From Psilocybe cubensis (taxonomy: Eukaryota), in the NCBI GenBank assembly GCA_017499595.2, contig CM038999.1, positions 1,302,001 through 1,366,000 of the forward strand: 64,000 bases of DNA, read 5' to 3'. The notes under the pieces were generated by a model. That model made no database searches and had not been told where the DNA came from. It worked only from the letters and a program-made list of their open reading frames with translations. A program made the translations under genes and the position numbers. How positions within the stretch are numbered: the first letter of the stretch is position 1; every line of letters starts with the position of its first letter. This document shows positions 50,548-64,000 of this stretch, piece by piece.

Positions 50548-51879
50548 ATGGTTAGCGACGACCCCCCTCCAACCTGTGTCCGCTGCATCGTCCTACTGAA
50601 ACCCCTATTTATACGATGGAGTACGTCCAGTGTGCATCTTGCAAGTATCAAAGTTTGATGTCTTGTGTCATGTATGGTATGCTGATTGAAAATAGATATT
50701 GGCTTGGTGCTAAATACATGTGAGCTCTTGACGAGCTTCCCAGAAGAGGTGGAGCACATTTGGAAGTGCGTGGTTTCGAGACTTTTTTCTTGGCCATTTG
50801 ACCGTGCATTTACTTTTAGGTCATGTCGCAGGACTATTCATAAATTTACTTTGGAGAAGGGGCTTTATCTGTATTCTCGATATTTCATTTTCGTTGTTCA
50901 CATGTACGAAAGCTTCATTATCACAATTTTTTCTTTCAAAGTAAACGCTGACCTTGTGATATAGTCAGCACTCTCGTAATGCTTCAAAGTATCAAAACCT
51001 CGATCCAGCGCAGCCTTTGCCACCAGGTCTAATCAGATGGCTCTTGTACAAATTCATCATCTGGCAATCATTGTTGTGCACCTTCGATTATATTCTGAGC
51101 CAACGGGGTATGCTACACAGAATGTTCATGAATTGTCCTTTGCTTACCTTGGTACACAGTTTATTTAATTTATCACAGACGCCGAAGCGTGCTTTTCCTT
51201 GTCTATGGTCTGATATTGTCTAAAATCATGTTTGGGATATTTGTTGCGTATGTCTATTTCACCCGCGACTATTCCATTGGTGCGGAGGACAGGGACACTG
51301 TACGCAGGAGCCTTTCTGTGAAGTACACGTACGTGCTCTGCCTTTTTTTATCCTGTCGTTTTAACAGACCTTGAATAGAGCCGTAGAAGCTGCAGTCCAG
51401 TTCTTCATTGTTCTTTTGGCATTCAAGCGCGCAATGTTTACGAGTCGCGGAAGAATGCGTATCATGCAATGGCTTATAGACACGAGCATTGAATCTTATT
51501 TAACCCTCGCTTGTGAGTACTTATTCCTCTCTTCCTGCAGAGTCTGAATCAAAGGTTGAATTTCGGTTGATTCGCCTCTCAAGTTTTCTGCATTGCCACT
51601 TATTTCTACTTTATCAAAGATGCACTATCCGTGTTCGTGTTCCCGTCAGTACCTTTTCACCCGTCATTTCCCCGCTTGTATGTGGACTTAACAAAGCTTT
51701 TGTATATGCAGGTGCTGCTCCGGGATATTATCTGCTGTAGTGAGGCGCCATTAACTTTGAGTATTTCACCGGTCTAATAAGACTAATATGACCTATTACA
51801 GTCATGCAGAATGATTTTGTCATCGCAGTATTCATCGCAACAACAACGACATAACCGCCTCCCTATCTTTCTCCTGTGA
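50548..51879 (+). CDS. Multi-pass membrane protein, DUF6533-type (boundaries approximate)
   Basis: CELLTSFPEEVEHIW, LYLYSRYF and RWLLYK motifs with hydrophobic segments over short exons. Confidence 0.55.
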
Positions 51880-53008
51880 AAGATCTGCAAGGGTGGGGTT
51901 TTCTGTCTCACATCGCCTATTCTGAAAAAAAAGAAAGCCAAATACACCGCTGGTTTTTCTTTCTTTCTTTCTTTCCATGAATGGCATACTTCCTTCCCTA
52001 TTCGGTAAATCTGATTGGGAATAAATGGTTTCCTTTCAAATGCGTGTTTTACGGACGTCGGAGCGGATCGCAGGCTATTACATACGGACCGCGATCGTAG
52101 TCGTACCATACCATCACTCGTGTAAGCTTCCACTGGCAGCATATTGTATCCCGCACCATGTGTAGTACTTGTATTCCTAGGGAAAAAAAAACTTGAAACA
52201 AATGTATTTGAGTCCCTCCGACTAAAAGCCGGCACTATCTCGGTGAATAGGTCGAGCCACCCAACTGCCCGACTTCGGGGCGGTGTAGATAAAGTTATCA
52301 AGACGAATAGGAATGGAGCTTTAAAAAATTTCCATCGATTACTTTCATTGATCCGTGAAGAAGATAGGCGGTGCATAATGATTTTTTTAAGTTGCCCACT
52401 TTTCATTTCTCGGAGATACGCAGCGGCCACGGCATTGGACTGAATCGAACAATGGCCGACTTTTAGGAGGAATGCGAAGCTCTGAAGATGCTCGATCGAA
52501 CGCAGCGAGAATGAAGCCCCGAGATCATTTTGGAACCAGTAAAAAAGTCTAAGTATAATGGAAACTAAAAAAACAAAATAAACGAGTGTAAAAATTATTA
52601 TATGTATCCAAGAGACTGTGGTAAATAATCCTGTAACTCCAAATCCAATCCAGATCCACGCATGCAAGAGAGAGGAGGAAAACATTTGTGACAAAAACGC
52701 ACAACAAAATAGAGAAGGGTAGATCATGAAGGCGAGGACATGGATGGCGAGAAGAGAAATATTTACTAAAATAGTTGTATATAGTGCGATGAGTAAAGAT
52801 TGTCCTTGTAGAGCGGATTTTGTCGTTTCGGAATCATGTCGTTTTGGCACAGGGTGTAAGCCAGGCCTGTGTTTCTTTGGGTTCAAGGAAAGTGAAGAAC
52901 GAATATAGGGGTAGAAAAAATCTATGATATGGAAATGGATAACCATCGATTGAAAAAAATTGTTTCATATCGACGCAAATCAACGGGTATCTTGAACGAT
53001 TGAAAAGA

Positions 53009-55000
53009 TTAGAGTTCCTAAGAAATAAAATGGTTAGAGTGAAAGAGATGCAAAGACGACGAAGACATACAATCATGTTCAGGTTTCCTGAGAGGAGCCT
53101 GTTCTCTAGAATGCAGCCATCGGGAATATCGATCCGCTGTCCTTCGTTGGCAACCACTGAAAATAAAGTCAATGCAAAGCTCCACATTTTGCAAAGAAAA
53201 AAAAGCAAACGAACCGATGACAGTTCCACGCAGTGTCACGTTGCGCCCAAAGTATACGTCACCGGTGACGGTCAAATGGTCGAGTTCGAGGATCTTGGGG
53301 ATCTTCTTGAATCGCTTCTGGAATTGTTGGATCTATAGATGGGAGAATTTATCAGAAATGCCAATATAATTGAAAAAAGGCGCATATATTTACCTTTTTG
53401 AAGTGGTCACCAAGTTTAATGACCGGGGTTGTCTCGAACATCCTCTGCTCATTGATAACGAGTTGTCCGTGCTGGAGTGAGTAGATATCACTCTTGATCA
53501 ACAAAAGATCGGAGCAGCTCTTCACTGGCAAGAAGCGTTTACGGGGCACGTTGATACCGTGAGCGTTCTTGAAGTGCTTGATGGCAGCACCGGCAGCAGT
53601 CTCGAGCTGAATGACGGCATGTCCATCATCGGTGGTCTTGGGGTTGATGATGATCTCGAGTTCAAGGCCCTCATTGTCCATGATGCGCTTAAGAGCTGAA
53701 AAAGTAATGAGCAATGATTAAAAGATTGCAAGATGATGATTACCTTTCAAGTTGATCCACAAGTTGTTGGTGTTGAAGATCTTGAACTTGCGGACTAAAA
53801 GAGGATCAGAATGGTCATTACAATGCGATATACATTATTACTTACTGGATTTGAAGTCCTCGACGTGCTCTGAAGGAACCTGGGCGATTTCAAGGAGACG
53901 GACAGAGCCATCATAATCTGATTAAAAGGTTTAGCAAGCGAAGAAGAAGAATTTTTCAAGTTAGACACACCAATAAGAGTTCCACCCTTGATATCAGCCT
54001 TGGTCTTGTCAGTGACCTCCATGATGAACTCGGCATTAGTGTCAATCATGTGCTGAAGGATACTCTCGTCGACACTGAAAAGCAAATCAATACCACATTG
54101 ACAAGACAAATGGAATGCACTAACACGGCACCCAAGTTATCAGAGTTGGATACGAAAAGGTACTCCTTGCCTTCAGCAATGAGCTGATCGAGGACGCCAG
54201 AGTGGAGGAGAGCGTTGTAGAGATCTCCGTGGCCAGGAGGGTACCAGTGCTTCTTGTCGTCATCGGCGCGCTTTGGGCAGGGGAGAAGGGTCTCCTTGAA
54301 GATACGGGGGTAGCGGGATTGGTTGAAGGTGGTGATACGGAGCTGCTGGTTGGCGTATTTCTTGATGATGCGGAGCGTGTCGTCATGTGTGTTGAATGAG
54401 GTCATGAGGATGAGGGGGACATCGACGCGGTGGGTAGTGTTGAGATGCTCGATCTGACGAACAGTGAGATCAAGGAAGGTCATGTCGTCCTTGACTTCGA
54501 GGGCACTCTTTGCGCCGGTCATGCCTTAGGGGTAGATGTCAACAGGGGTAATCTGCACGCCAACAAAAATACTGACCCATAGATGTACCGAGACCACCGT
54601 TGACCTTGAGCACGGCAAGCTTGTTGAGGTTGGAGGAGTTTTTAGGGGCAGGGAGGTTGGCGTAGGGGATGATCTGGTCATCAGCAGGGGACTTGATGCG
54701 ATCCCAGTCACTAGAGGGGGGGTGAGGACGCGAAGAGGGGAAAAAAGGCGCATATACTCACAGATCGACGCTTTTTGCACGCTCGGCGAGATACCTGGTG
54801 AAGAGATAGAAAAAGGACTGCATCTCTGTGTCAAAGGCCTTTTTTGTGGCAGGATCCTCGACAGTGGAGACGAGACGGGAGATCTCGTTGCGCATTGACT
54901 TTGCAGCGACGCCGGTTGTGGCAGTCTTGAAGTCGATGTGACTGGTGCCGCGGACGCGGGCGTTGAAGGAGTCGCTGCGGGGCATGAGTGAGGAAGACAT
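53009..55000 (-). CDS. UGP1: UTP--glucose-1-phosphate uridylyltransferase (UDP-glucose pyrophosphorylase), canonical copy
   Basis: [64 protein letters not shown]. Strong C-ending codon bias; 9 inferred introns. Confidence 0.95.
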
Positions 55001-57334
55001 GGTTGTTGGACTGTGGTGGTGGTGGTGGATGGAGAAAGTGAGCGGGAGTTGAACTGGCGGGTAAATAAACGGACCTGTTAATATGAACCGGCGCGGTTGT
55101 GTTGGTGGAGATGAGCTGGGGCGCAGAGGGGGTTCGTGGGAGGGGCGGTCTTGGTCTGTGATGACGTTGGGGGTGGTCGGGCTCCTCACGGATGGGCTCT
55201 ATTCTGAGGGGCAGAAAGGGCTTGCACAGAGCTCTCTGCTTTATAGCTATTTCGATCTGCCTATGGTCGCCGTACAAACGTGCATGCATACATCCAGTCG
55301 CGCGTATTTCCCCGTCTCACTCCCCGTACCTTTCCTCTCTCGGCTTATATACCACGTACATCATGTCCATATTTTAAATCAGGTCGCCCTCTTATCAGCG
55401 GCCGATCTTGCCACATGCGTATATCCTCCCGTCTTTTACCGCTTCTTCGATTCACTTCCATTTGAGGTTCTTTACGTTGCTGCTATTCCAGACCGTGTCT
55501 CTCTATAAAAAGCCCTGGGGGACCCCAGAGAGCCCCCTCTTTCTTCACTCTGTCGCCTCCATAGACGCCAAGCAGCTTCCTTGATTCCGCCCTTGCCGAA
55601 CGAGTACATGGCAACAGGCTCGCAATTTCGAAGAACATGCCGCGCTGGTTTTCAGTGAAGCTCTTCATTTGTTGGAGAACTTGTATATGCCGGCACTGCA
55701 CACTTCGAGGTGCATATTTATGTCGTTTGATCACAGTCGATCATCATCAAGAATTCCCTGAACACTTTGCACACACCTATAGGAAGTATTCTGTGGCGCA
55801 CTGGGTTCGAAATAGGCAATAAATCTGTACTTTTAACTCTAGCTACTCACCCAGGCTCAAGCTCCAGTTTACCTCCTTGGGCGCTCATCCGACTACTTAA
55901 ATATACTTCAACTCCTATTTCACAAGAAAGCGAAGGAAATATTCGAACGCCTCACGGCATTAATTTTTAGAAGCCTGAAGAAAAACACATTGCACGCCTT
56001 GTGCATTCCACGACGCTTTCCGAAGGAAAACTCAACATGACATTCGGCAAACCCCTAAGACCAAGGTCCCCCATGATCACCACCAAATTGCATCTCTCTT
56101 TGCACGCATGGACAGGCTATTTTGTCAAAGAATTACCCCCTGAGTAGGGATGTTCGAGCTTGATGACTCCCAACGACGTTGGCGGGCCATATTCAATGTA
56201 ATGTGTATTCTAGCGGCGGCGTTCATGGATACCTTTGATCTTTTGTAAATTTTCTACTCCACATCGTAGTACCCTTCTGTCGGCTAGACTTAATATCGTT
56301 GATGTGGCCAATTTAGCCCGTTGTGGGCAACCGCACGCCTTCCAAACGTTCCAGCACAAAATTTCATGCCTGGCAATCATCATTCCAAGTGGAGAACTTT
56401 TGACTCTCTCATTCGAATAGTCCTGGAAACGAGGCAAAGGGTACATACGGTGTGCCAAAATTTTTAGATCCTGAACCCTTGCAATTGTAGCACTTAACGC
56501 AAATGTACACGCATCCGAAAAGCCACACCCACCATGTACTCCTATACAGCTATTCATGGCACTCTTGTTAGCGAGCAGACCGTATCATGAGTGTTTGACC
56601 TTTTAACCATCCAAATCCACTCGATATTTCAGCAAACAAACAGCATTCATATGGAAGCTCCATATGAACCCAAAATGGAATAAAGTTTTCCAGATTAGTC
56701 CATCCACGTACGACTGAACAATGCGTCGCAAATTCTCCACAGTATGTTAGTGCCCGGGGTCCTTTAAACAGGCCCAACTTGCCCACGTCACTGTCTATCG
56801 CGTCGACCTGTCCATCCGTCCTGAAATCGATCTGTCCATCATTCGCATGGCATGCCTTCGAGAGGAACTATCACGAGCACGGAGCTGTAAGCGAACACCT
56901 TTATGCCACCAATGTCCATTAGCTTGAGTGTGCATTTCCTCAAAAACTCAAAGCGCAGTCAACTGAGAAGTCGAAATCTGATGTTCGAACATGCACAACA
57001 AAACGGAATAGACGGAACAATAGAGTTCAATGTACACGTCCAGCTCCTTAACAGGGACAGTTTGCTGTCATGCATTCCAAAACTGTGTTCACAGAAACAC
57101 CGGTGTATCATGATTACAAGTACATCAGACGCCATAGAAAAAATGTAAAAGCAAAAATCCATCCTAAAACCCAAGAGCCGCATCCACAGCATGACCGTAC
57201 CCAATAAAATTATGAAACATCCATTTTTCGTTCAATATCCAATGCCTCGCCGAGCTCTTCGTTGAGGGGAGCCATATTTTCGGGGAAACGGAACCGATGC
57301 CCAGTTCCGCGCTGCACCGCATCACAATCGTGGA

Positions 57335-59216
57335 TCACGTATCGCCTGGATGTTGCACATCAACATCTATCCACGAGTCCGTGACAAGTCTGATAGGATG
57401 TGAGAGCTGAAGCGGTACTAGCGGTGAGGATCGTGGAAAGGATGGACCTAATGAGAGCACAAGGAAGTCCTATAAAAGCATAATAATGGCAGGCAGCCGA
57501 GCAGATTCATACACACGCACGACAGTCGAGGAACGAAGATGCAGTCGCCGACACCATTCCGGATGCCAACAAGAAGATAGAGATGAAAAGCCCGAGAACA
57601 AACACAATGCATGAGTATATCAGTGAGTGACACGATGAAATCAAAACATGAAGAGGTAGACAAACCTTAACTATCAGGTTGCTGACACTAAACCCCCCGC
57701 TGGTCACTTCACCCCAACATTTCAATTCTCCTTGCCAATCCAGACTGATGTCTGCATCTGGATCCTCGGATGTACTGTCACTTCCTCGATGATCTCCAAA
57801 GCTCACCGCGGTAGCTTGTGGTGGAATCGACCACATTTTTCCCATTCCAATAGTAAATGTTCTGAATCGTCTTTTCCCGTTGATTTCAATTACCACCTGC
57901 CGCGCGATGGAGACGCGGATGGTGCAGTCTGGAGCGAAAGGATCACCCACTATCTTCGAAAGCGTAGGGCTTGTGATTCGTAAATGCGGACTGGACTGCG
58001 GAAGTAATTCTCGGAATGAGGCCAAGGAACTACACAACTGAAGATGGAACGGGATCGTGTCCGTGAGAGCAAAAGTCTGAACAGAAGGTATGAATAGCTT
58101 TGCGGACAATACTTTAGCACGCTTCTGTGTCGTATCAGAAAAAGCACACTCACATGGCATTCTATAGGTTTTATATTGGCCTTTGGACGAACTCCCATTG
58201 TCGCCACAACCTGCAGCCATTCCTCTGGATCAGGCTTAATGGACGAGAAGACGGAATCAGAAAGAATTATGGGACGACTGGGGCGCGTTCTAGGGCGAAA
58301 ATTGACCATCGTCATGTATCTGAATACAATTTTAGATCAGGAACACTCTCCACGAACCATAAACGAATGTCTTAGTAAAGCTGGTAAGTACAAATCAAAC
58401 TCACGTTTTATTTGTAGTCCAAGACGCCAGGTGATAGGACCTCGTTCTGGTGATCGTGATACTGAGTGTATACATACACCGGACGAACAAGGCAGGTATG
58501 CCGAGGAATGTCGCCTCAAAGGAGGGAGGCAACCTCCAATTCTTTCCCTCCACTTCGTAGAAGTGCGGAAACTGGATGTAAAGTGGCAGTATTGAAGGAC
58601 ATCGTTGGTCATTTGCGGTATCGGTGGTGGTACCATCTGCGGGTTGCTGCTTCCACAGGACCTGCGATTCCGATACAAGAGAGGCCGCCATTGAGCCAGT
58701 GTCTGCAGATGATAAACTCATATGCCCTTGAAGCTTTGTTATTGAATATACGAGCCGACATTAGAATTCATCAGCAGATTCGAAAGTTAAGACCAAAAGG
58801 CCAAGATGAAAGCAAAAATATATATTTGGTATTAAATTCAAGCACGAACGGAGAGGTGATGGGTACCACCTCAGCGTAAAACACATCGTGCCAGAACTCA
58901 CCTTGGCAGTGACCCGAATGATTTTATCCGTATTCTTCAGCTCAATCTCCCCAGTGATTCTCCCATTACGACTATACGTTGGGAGCCGCGCACCATTCTC
59001 CTGGTCTTTCAGAATGAGGGTTGCCTGACCCCATTGCCTAATGAATGTCCCTTGAGGGGTTATGGATCCCACGCGCGGCGTAGATGCAACAGTTTCCTCG
59101 TCTTCATGCGGCTGGGTTGAATATACAGGAGGGTCGGGCGAGGGCGCGGCTGGCCTTCCAACGTCAACTGATAGCCTGCGCTGACTTGAATACGGTGGAG
59201 GTGTGGCCATGGACAT
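57335..59216 (-). CDS. Arrestin-like fold protein with N-terminal PPxY/PY motifs
   Basis: PPPY and PPVY motifs; LPTYSRNGRITGEIEL, LPPSF and IPFHLQL beta-sandwich segments typical of agaric arrestin-like proteins. Confidence 0.65.
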
Positions 59217-60500
59217 GGTGCCACCAGCAGACAAGGCTCGGGAACTTTGAATGGCAGGTGACGCAAAAAGGCACAATAGTCTCGCACTGATAAGGGTTCA
59301 AGACTGCACTACTGGGGGAGGTCGAGTATAGTTAGAGGTAGAACGCCTTGGTCATCGAACGCAGCAGGCAGCTTGAAGGCACTGCGCTTTCCTGCGTATA
59401 TTGCGTGAGGGAAGGAAGGTGGTGGAATTCCTGTAACGGAACGTAAGTCTTTAATGCAGCCAAGGCAAGCATCATTCTGGCATATCATCACCTCACTTTG
59501 GTTGTGTATCCCCACACAAGTTTGGTTATAATTAGAAAATAAGACGGCCTAACGGCCCAACGGTGCCTATAACAGTTCCATGAAAAGGCAAATGAATAGA
59601 ATGCCGAACAATTCTGCGATAGTAATTTGCCCTTAGGAATTAGAAATCGGTTCAAGGAGGAGGTAAAGGGTGTTATGGTGTCTACTTTCCGTCAGTAATA
59701 CCATCATATGTAAACGAAGGGTGCCATGGTCTGCTCACCATCTTGACCGTGGGTTTTATGAATCGACTTGCCGTGTTGGGTCACATTGGTCTCCAAAAAT
59801 CAACAACCTTCACAAACTTGACTTCAAGCGAAGTTTAAGTTAAGTTGGGGCACCACAGCTCGTTAGAACATACCGATCCCCATTAATCCTGATATTCCGA
59901 AATTTCCGAAAATTTGTTGGTTGAGCCTTGGTTGAGCCAGTCCCTGCTGTAAGATCCCGATGCATTACCAGACTCTTTCTGTATCCTCTATTTGTCCTGT
60001 ATACACAGACTCGACAACCAGGAGTAGACATAGATCATTCAAATCAACTATGGCGGACGACAGGAAGCCATGGGGTAGAAATGATTGGTTTGTGTTGGGA
60101 TAGATCTTGGATGACTTGTTGCTTGGGCTTTGGCACATGATGGTCATTGGTGACCAAGAATCTTACGAGAAATTAGATCAAGCAATTCTTAAGTCCGTGT
60201 CAAGTCCGTGTAGCTGGTGGCTTCTGGTAAATACAAAAACCACAAGACATATCTACGTTCTCGTAGGGCTTCTTTAAGTTTTTTTTTTTTGGAAAAGACG
60301 TTACAGTACCATGAAGCCGGGCGTCCAAATCTGTAATCTGTGGGTTGCGCCAGGACGAGCTTTTTTGCCTTCTTTATTTATTACAACAAACTACAAAATC
60401 TCATGGACAAGGTGTGCCCGTGAAACGCGTATAAGTTAATAGTCCAAAATTACATGGCATAGTAAAGTGTCCAACCGAATTATCGCGTACAAATAGCAAC

Positions 60501-62258
60501 TCAGTGGGAGGTCACCCACCAAGTAGTCAGCACGAAGGTTAGTAGAGGAAAGATAGCAATATCTCTAACATCAGCTATGACGATGCCAGGCCAGGTCCGA
60601 CGATATGACGCAAATCGAGAATTCCCTGAATAAAGCAATCCCAGCAAGTCCTTCAGTTTTCCAGGCCAGTTATTTGAGATACTAGTATTCTGTTGACGAC
60701 GATGGTCTTGTATCACAAACCAGCCAGGGGAGGGTCCCTGACCAGAAGATGTTGGAGGATATGTGTCCCGTCTGCCTTCTGCCTCAACGTCGTCGTTTGA
60801 GAATGACTGTCTATACCGTCTAGGTGCCTGCTGCCCCATATTTGATGCAAGGACAATAACAAGGGATATTGCTAGAAGGGGAATATAAACAACCAGGTAT
60901 ATCCCAAGTTGGTCTGGAAGTAGACAGGGTGCGTCGGCGTAGGTGGGTTTGTCGCTCGCTCTGATGTTTGTGGGCATCAAAGATAAGAGTTGGAAACCAG
61001 GTCGGCGAACGTTCATGACCATGGACAGAGATTTAACCGTAACTTCTCTGACCATCTTCTCTACGCCACCATGTTGATAAACATGGGTGTATTCGCAGTA
61101 ATCGTGGTCATCTCCGCTACAAACAACAGTTAAAAAATCAGGTATCAGAAACAATAACGCGACTTACCTGTACACCACTGTCGGGGTCAAAAATTCTAGA
61201 AGTCGCAGAGATGATTGCTTCTCCAGAGTGTTCTGATAACCAAGCCCAACGCCTGGCCTTATTGTACCCTTCTCGCGTAGCGGACCGCATGACCTTCCAT
61301 CCGATCTGAACAAGGGTATATGCGATAACAGGATTACTGGGTCTGGATGTGGCCCTAGAGAATGTTGAATGTTTTGTTAGCTTTGAGCATAGTGGACTTA
61401 CGGGATGGAAATTTCTTCATAAAGTCGAGGGCTCCGTAAGGAACAGGATCCCATCTTTCGAATGATTTCTTTTGACCATGGCGTTGGGAATCCTCGTCAG
61501 CATAGCTAGGAGCGTCAAAAAGTACAAGAGTATGATTTGCCACAGAAATCTCTTGGTTAGGTTGCCCGAAATGTTCGATGTATCGAGCCCGAGCCACATC
61601 AGAGAACTGAGTAATTTTCGCCCCAAGGCTGGAAGCACTTTCAGGACGACAGCATTACGAACAGATAAATTACGTGACGCACCCAACATCGTGGTTTCCT
61701 GGAATGAAATACACGGGGATATCTACGTTCAGGGTGAATATTTTGTTGAAGCGACTGAAATACTCGCTATACCTAACGAAGTAAGTTGGTTAAGGGATGG
61801 ACTCAGGGGAAAGTTCTCAGACACGCACTCTTCATCCGTCATTACGAACCGACCACTGTCCATCATATCACCGAGAAACACCACCACATCAGGTTTCTTG
61901 TACAGAGCAGTCCTCCAGTTCTTTCGAAGGTTTAGGTCAACAAGAAATTGTGTGATGTATGAAAGGACGAGGCCGCGACTTGGATAAGAGTGTCGATCAA
62001 TGATTTGAGGGTCAGCCACAAGAAGAACATGGGTGGGCTTAGAATGCGAAGCTTCTACACCTAGATTGTCCTGAGTACCTTGATAAGCAATGAAATATCA
62101 GCGACGTAATAGGGACAGACCGCAAGTAGAGCCGAGTCCGGCCATTTGCAACTTCTAACACTCGCGTCCCATGTCCAAACCTCATACCAAAGAATCACCA
62201 ATACCCAGAATACCCTGAGGGAGTTGACGACTGTGCGTCCTCTGGAGAAGGCTGCCAT
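60501..62258 (-). CDS. CDC1: Metallophosphoesterase Cdc1/MPPE1 (GPI remodelling)
   Basis: VADPQIID, FLGDMMD, PGNHDVG, LSHIPL, SGDDHDYC, TVKSLSM motifs; N- and C-terminal TM helices. Confidence 0.88.
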
Positions 62259-63335
62259 GCATTCCCAGCTGCAACGTGGTTGAGAGATTGTTGAAATAGG
62301 ACGATCAAACGCCAATACAAGTCTCAAACAAGTCCTATTAGTATCAGAGTTAAACACACCTTAACACCGTGACCGAAATGTACCATGTCAAGTAATCAAT
62401 TTACACAACCTACAATTGGTAGCAAATTCTTCTGTCAACCAGATCTCTAGAGTACTGTTGGCTTTAAGTTTTGTTATCTAAACCACAGAAAGTATATTGT
62501 ATCAGAATTCAGGCAACACTCAAAATCCTTCAATATTGATCGTGCAAGGAGACTCCGGTCAGAGGGTTACGTTTAGCGATAGACAAATAAGAAAAAAGGC
62601 TGTGCGACTGTATGTTTCTGAGATCGGGGGGAAGTGAGCAGAGCGAGAGCAGCAATGAGGAGGCACAGGGTAAACTAAGATGTGCTCCTCACAGTCCACA
62701 CGTTCAGACACGGAAATTCCAGAGGCGAAGTGGGAACCGGAACGTAGCTCATTAATGCTGGGAACATAGGATGGCCCAAATATTGGTTTGATAGTCTAAT
62801 ATGATATTGCACTTGTGGGTCTATAAACTGTTCATTAGTTTAATGGTGACCGCCATGACCACCACCAGCCACGAATCCGTGATTACCCTATAGAGGATAC
62901 ATTAGGATACATTTGGGCGGTATACATCGTAATGCTTACAATCAACTTCTGTCCATCCTTTCTGCGGCGTATCTTTAGTATATAATAAAGCTGAAAGTGT
63001 AGTAAAGCAAGCAAACCTAGCACGGTAGAAGATGAAGAACCACATTGAGGCTCCCAAAGCCTTGGCGAGGAAGTTATATCCAGCGCCGGGAAGATGAGGG
63101 TGAAATCCTGGGGCTATATCAAGCTGTTCAACCCAGAGAGGACAGACACAATCCTGTGCACGGAGAACGCACCGTGCCCTCCAGCCATTGTACAGTACGG
63201 TTTCGGGAGAGAGTTGTGTTTATCCTTGTTTGTTCCGAAGACGCGACACAAGGCGCGCTTCCCAGATTGTTTAGCTTCCGCACCTTGAGATATTTCTCTG
63301 CCACCGTTTCCTTCCCACTCCCACTTCCACACAGG

Positions 63336-64000
63336 ATGAAGGAATCTGAAAAGCAAAAACGGGAGATCTCTGAACCTCCCAGAATCACGTACGATGCTGC
63401 AACGAGAACTTTCGATCGTCTTTTTAAGGGTGAAATCCACATTTTCGCCAGAGTTAGCCGTCGCGTTAATGCCATCTTTAGAGGACTCCTTGGATGCGAT
63501 GAAAACCGTCGTGCGCAAAAAGCTTGGCCTATCTGGATCTGCTCCAGTCTTTCTTTCTCAATGGCGCGAAGGAAAGGCCGTCGATTTGGAAGATGGTATT
63601 TATTTTTTCGAAGCGTTTGCCGCCACGCGCTAACACACACCCATTACAGATGATGACTTTGAGGCATTTTCTGCAGCAGCGCGATCTTCTTCATCTGTTG
63701 TAGTCAAGGTCATTCTTGGAGAAAGTCAAACTCGGACATTGCCTTCAGCGGATGAAAATGAGGTAAGTTACTGACATCTTAACTTCGCGCTGCATTTTTA
63801 TTTTCTGTATAGACGCCTTCAATAACGAAAACCAAACGGAAAAGAAAGTCTAGACATAGTGTAACACCTCCCGTCACTGAAAGACCACCTGAAGAGAGTA
63901 TCACTCCTGATAGCGGTCCTGAACTTGTACCTGCAAAAAAGCGAAGAGTCTCGTTTGCGGCTGATGCACCCGAGCTAGGGCAAATCATGGAAGAAAAATT
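63336..64000 (+). CDS. Partial gene (runs off the window) with an N-terminal PB1-like domain
   Basis: RITYDAATRTFDRLFK|EDSLDAMKTVVRKKLGL...VDLED|DDDFEAF (acidic OPCA-like motif), followed by basic KRKRK patches. Confidence 0.55.

Noticed and set aside
55100..57200. Short ORFs upstream of UGP1
   Set aside because: No coding bias, homologous motifs or consistent splice pattern; treated as promoter/intergenic DNA.

Overview
This is intron-rich fungal genomic DNA. The ~50-60 bp GT-AG introns and the gene families point to a mushroom-forming basidiomycete (Agaricomycetes); the species cannot be determined from this window. About 18 host genes are recognisable by manual splicing: a gelsolin-like protein, two GPI-anchored Cys-rich paralogs, RPS5, an AF4/Ebp1-C-like protein, a velvet factor, an F-box protein, WDR83/MORG1, LSM2, two DUF6533-type membrane proteins, RPS8, two UDP-glucose pyrophosphorylase paralogs, an arrestin-like protein, CDC1, a partial PB1-like gene and two hypotheticals. 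There are also two decaying paralogs of a 2OG-Fe(II) oxygenase-family gene. The standout is a complete, young 1,583-bp non-autonomous LTR retroelement at 10332-11914. It has 277-bp LTRs (275/277 identical), a GCAGG target-site duplication, a polypurine tract and an 11-nt self-complementary (Tf1-type) primer-binding site. It sits antisense inside what was a 60-bp intron. Its only ORF has no recognisable capsid, RT or integrase and instead encodes an intronless coiled-coil + KH RNA-binding-domain protein with a Gag-like PMEVD motif. Exon boundaries were inferred by eye, and family assignments come from motif recognition, not database searches.
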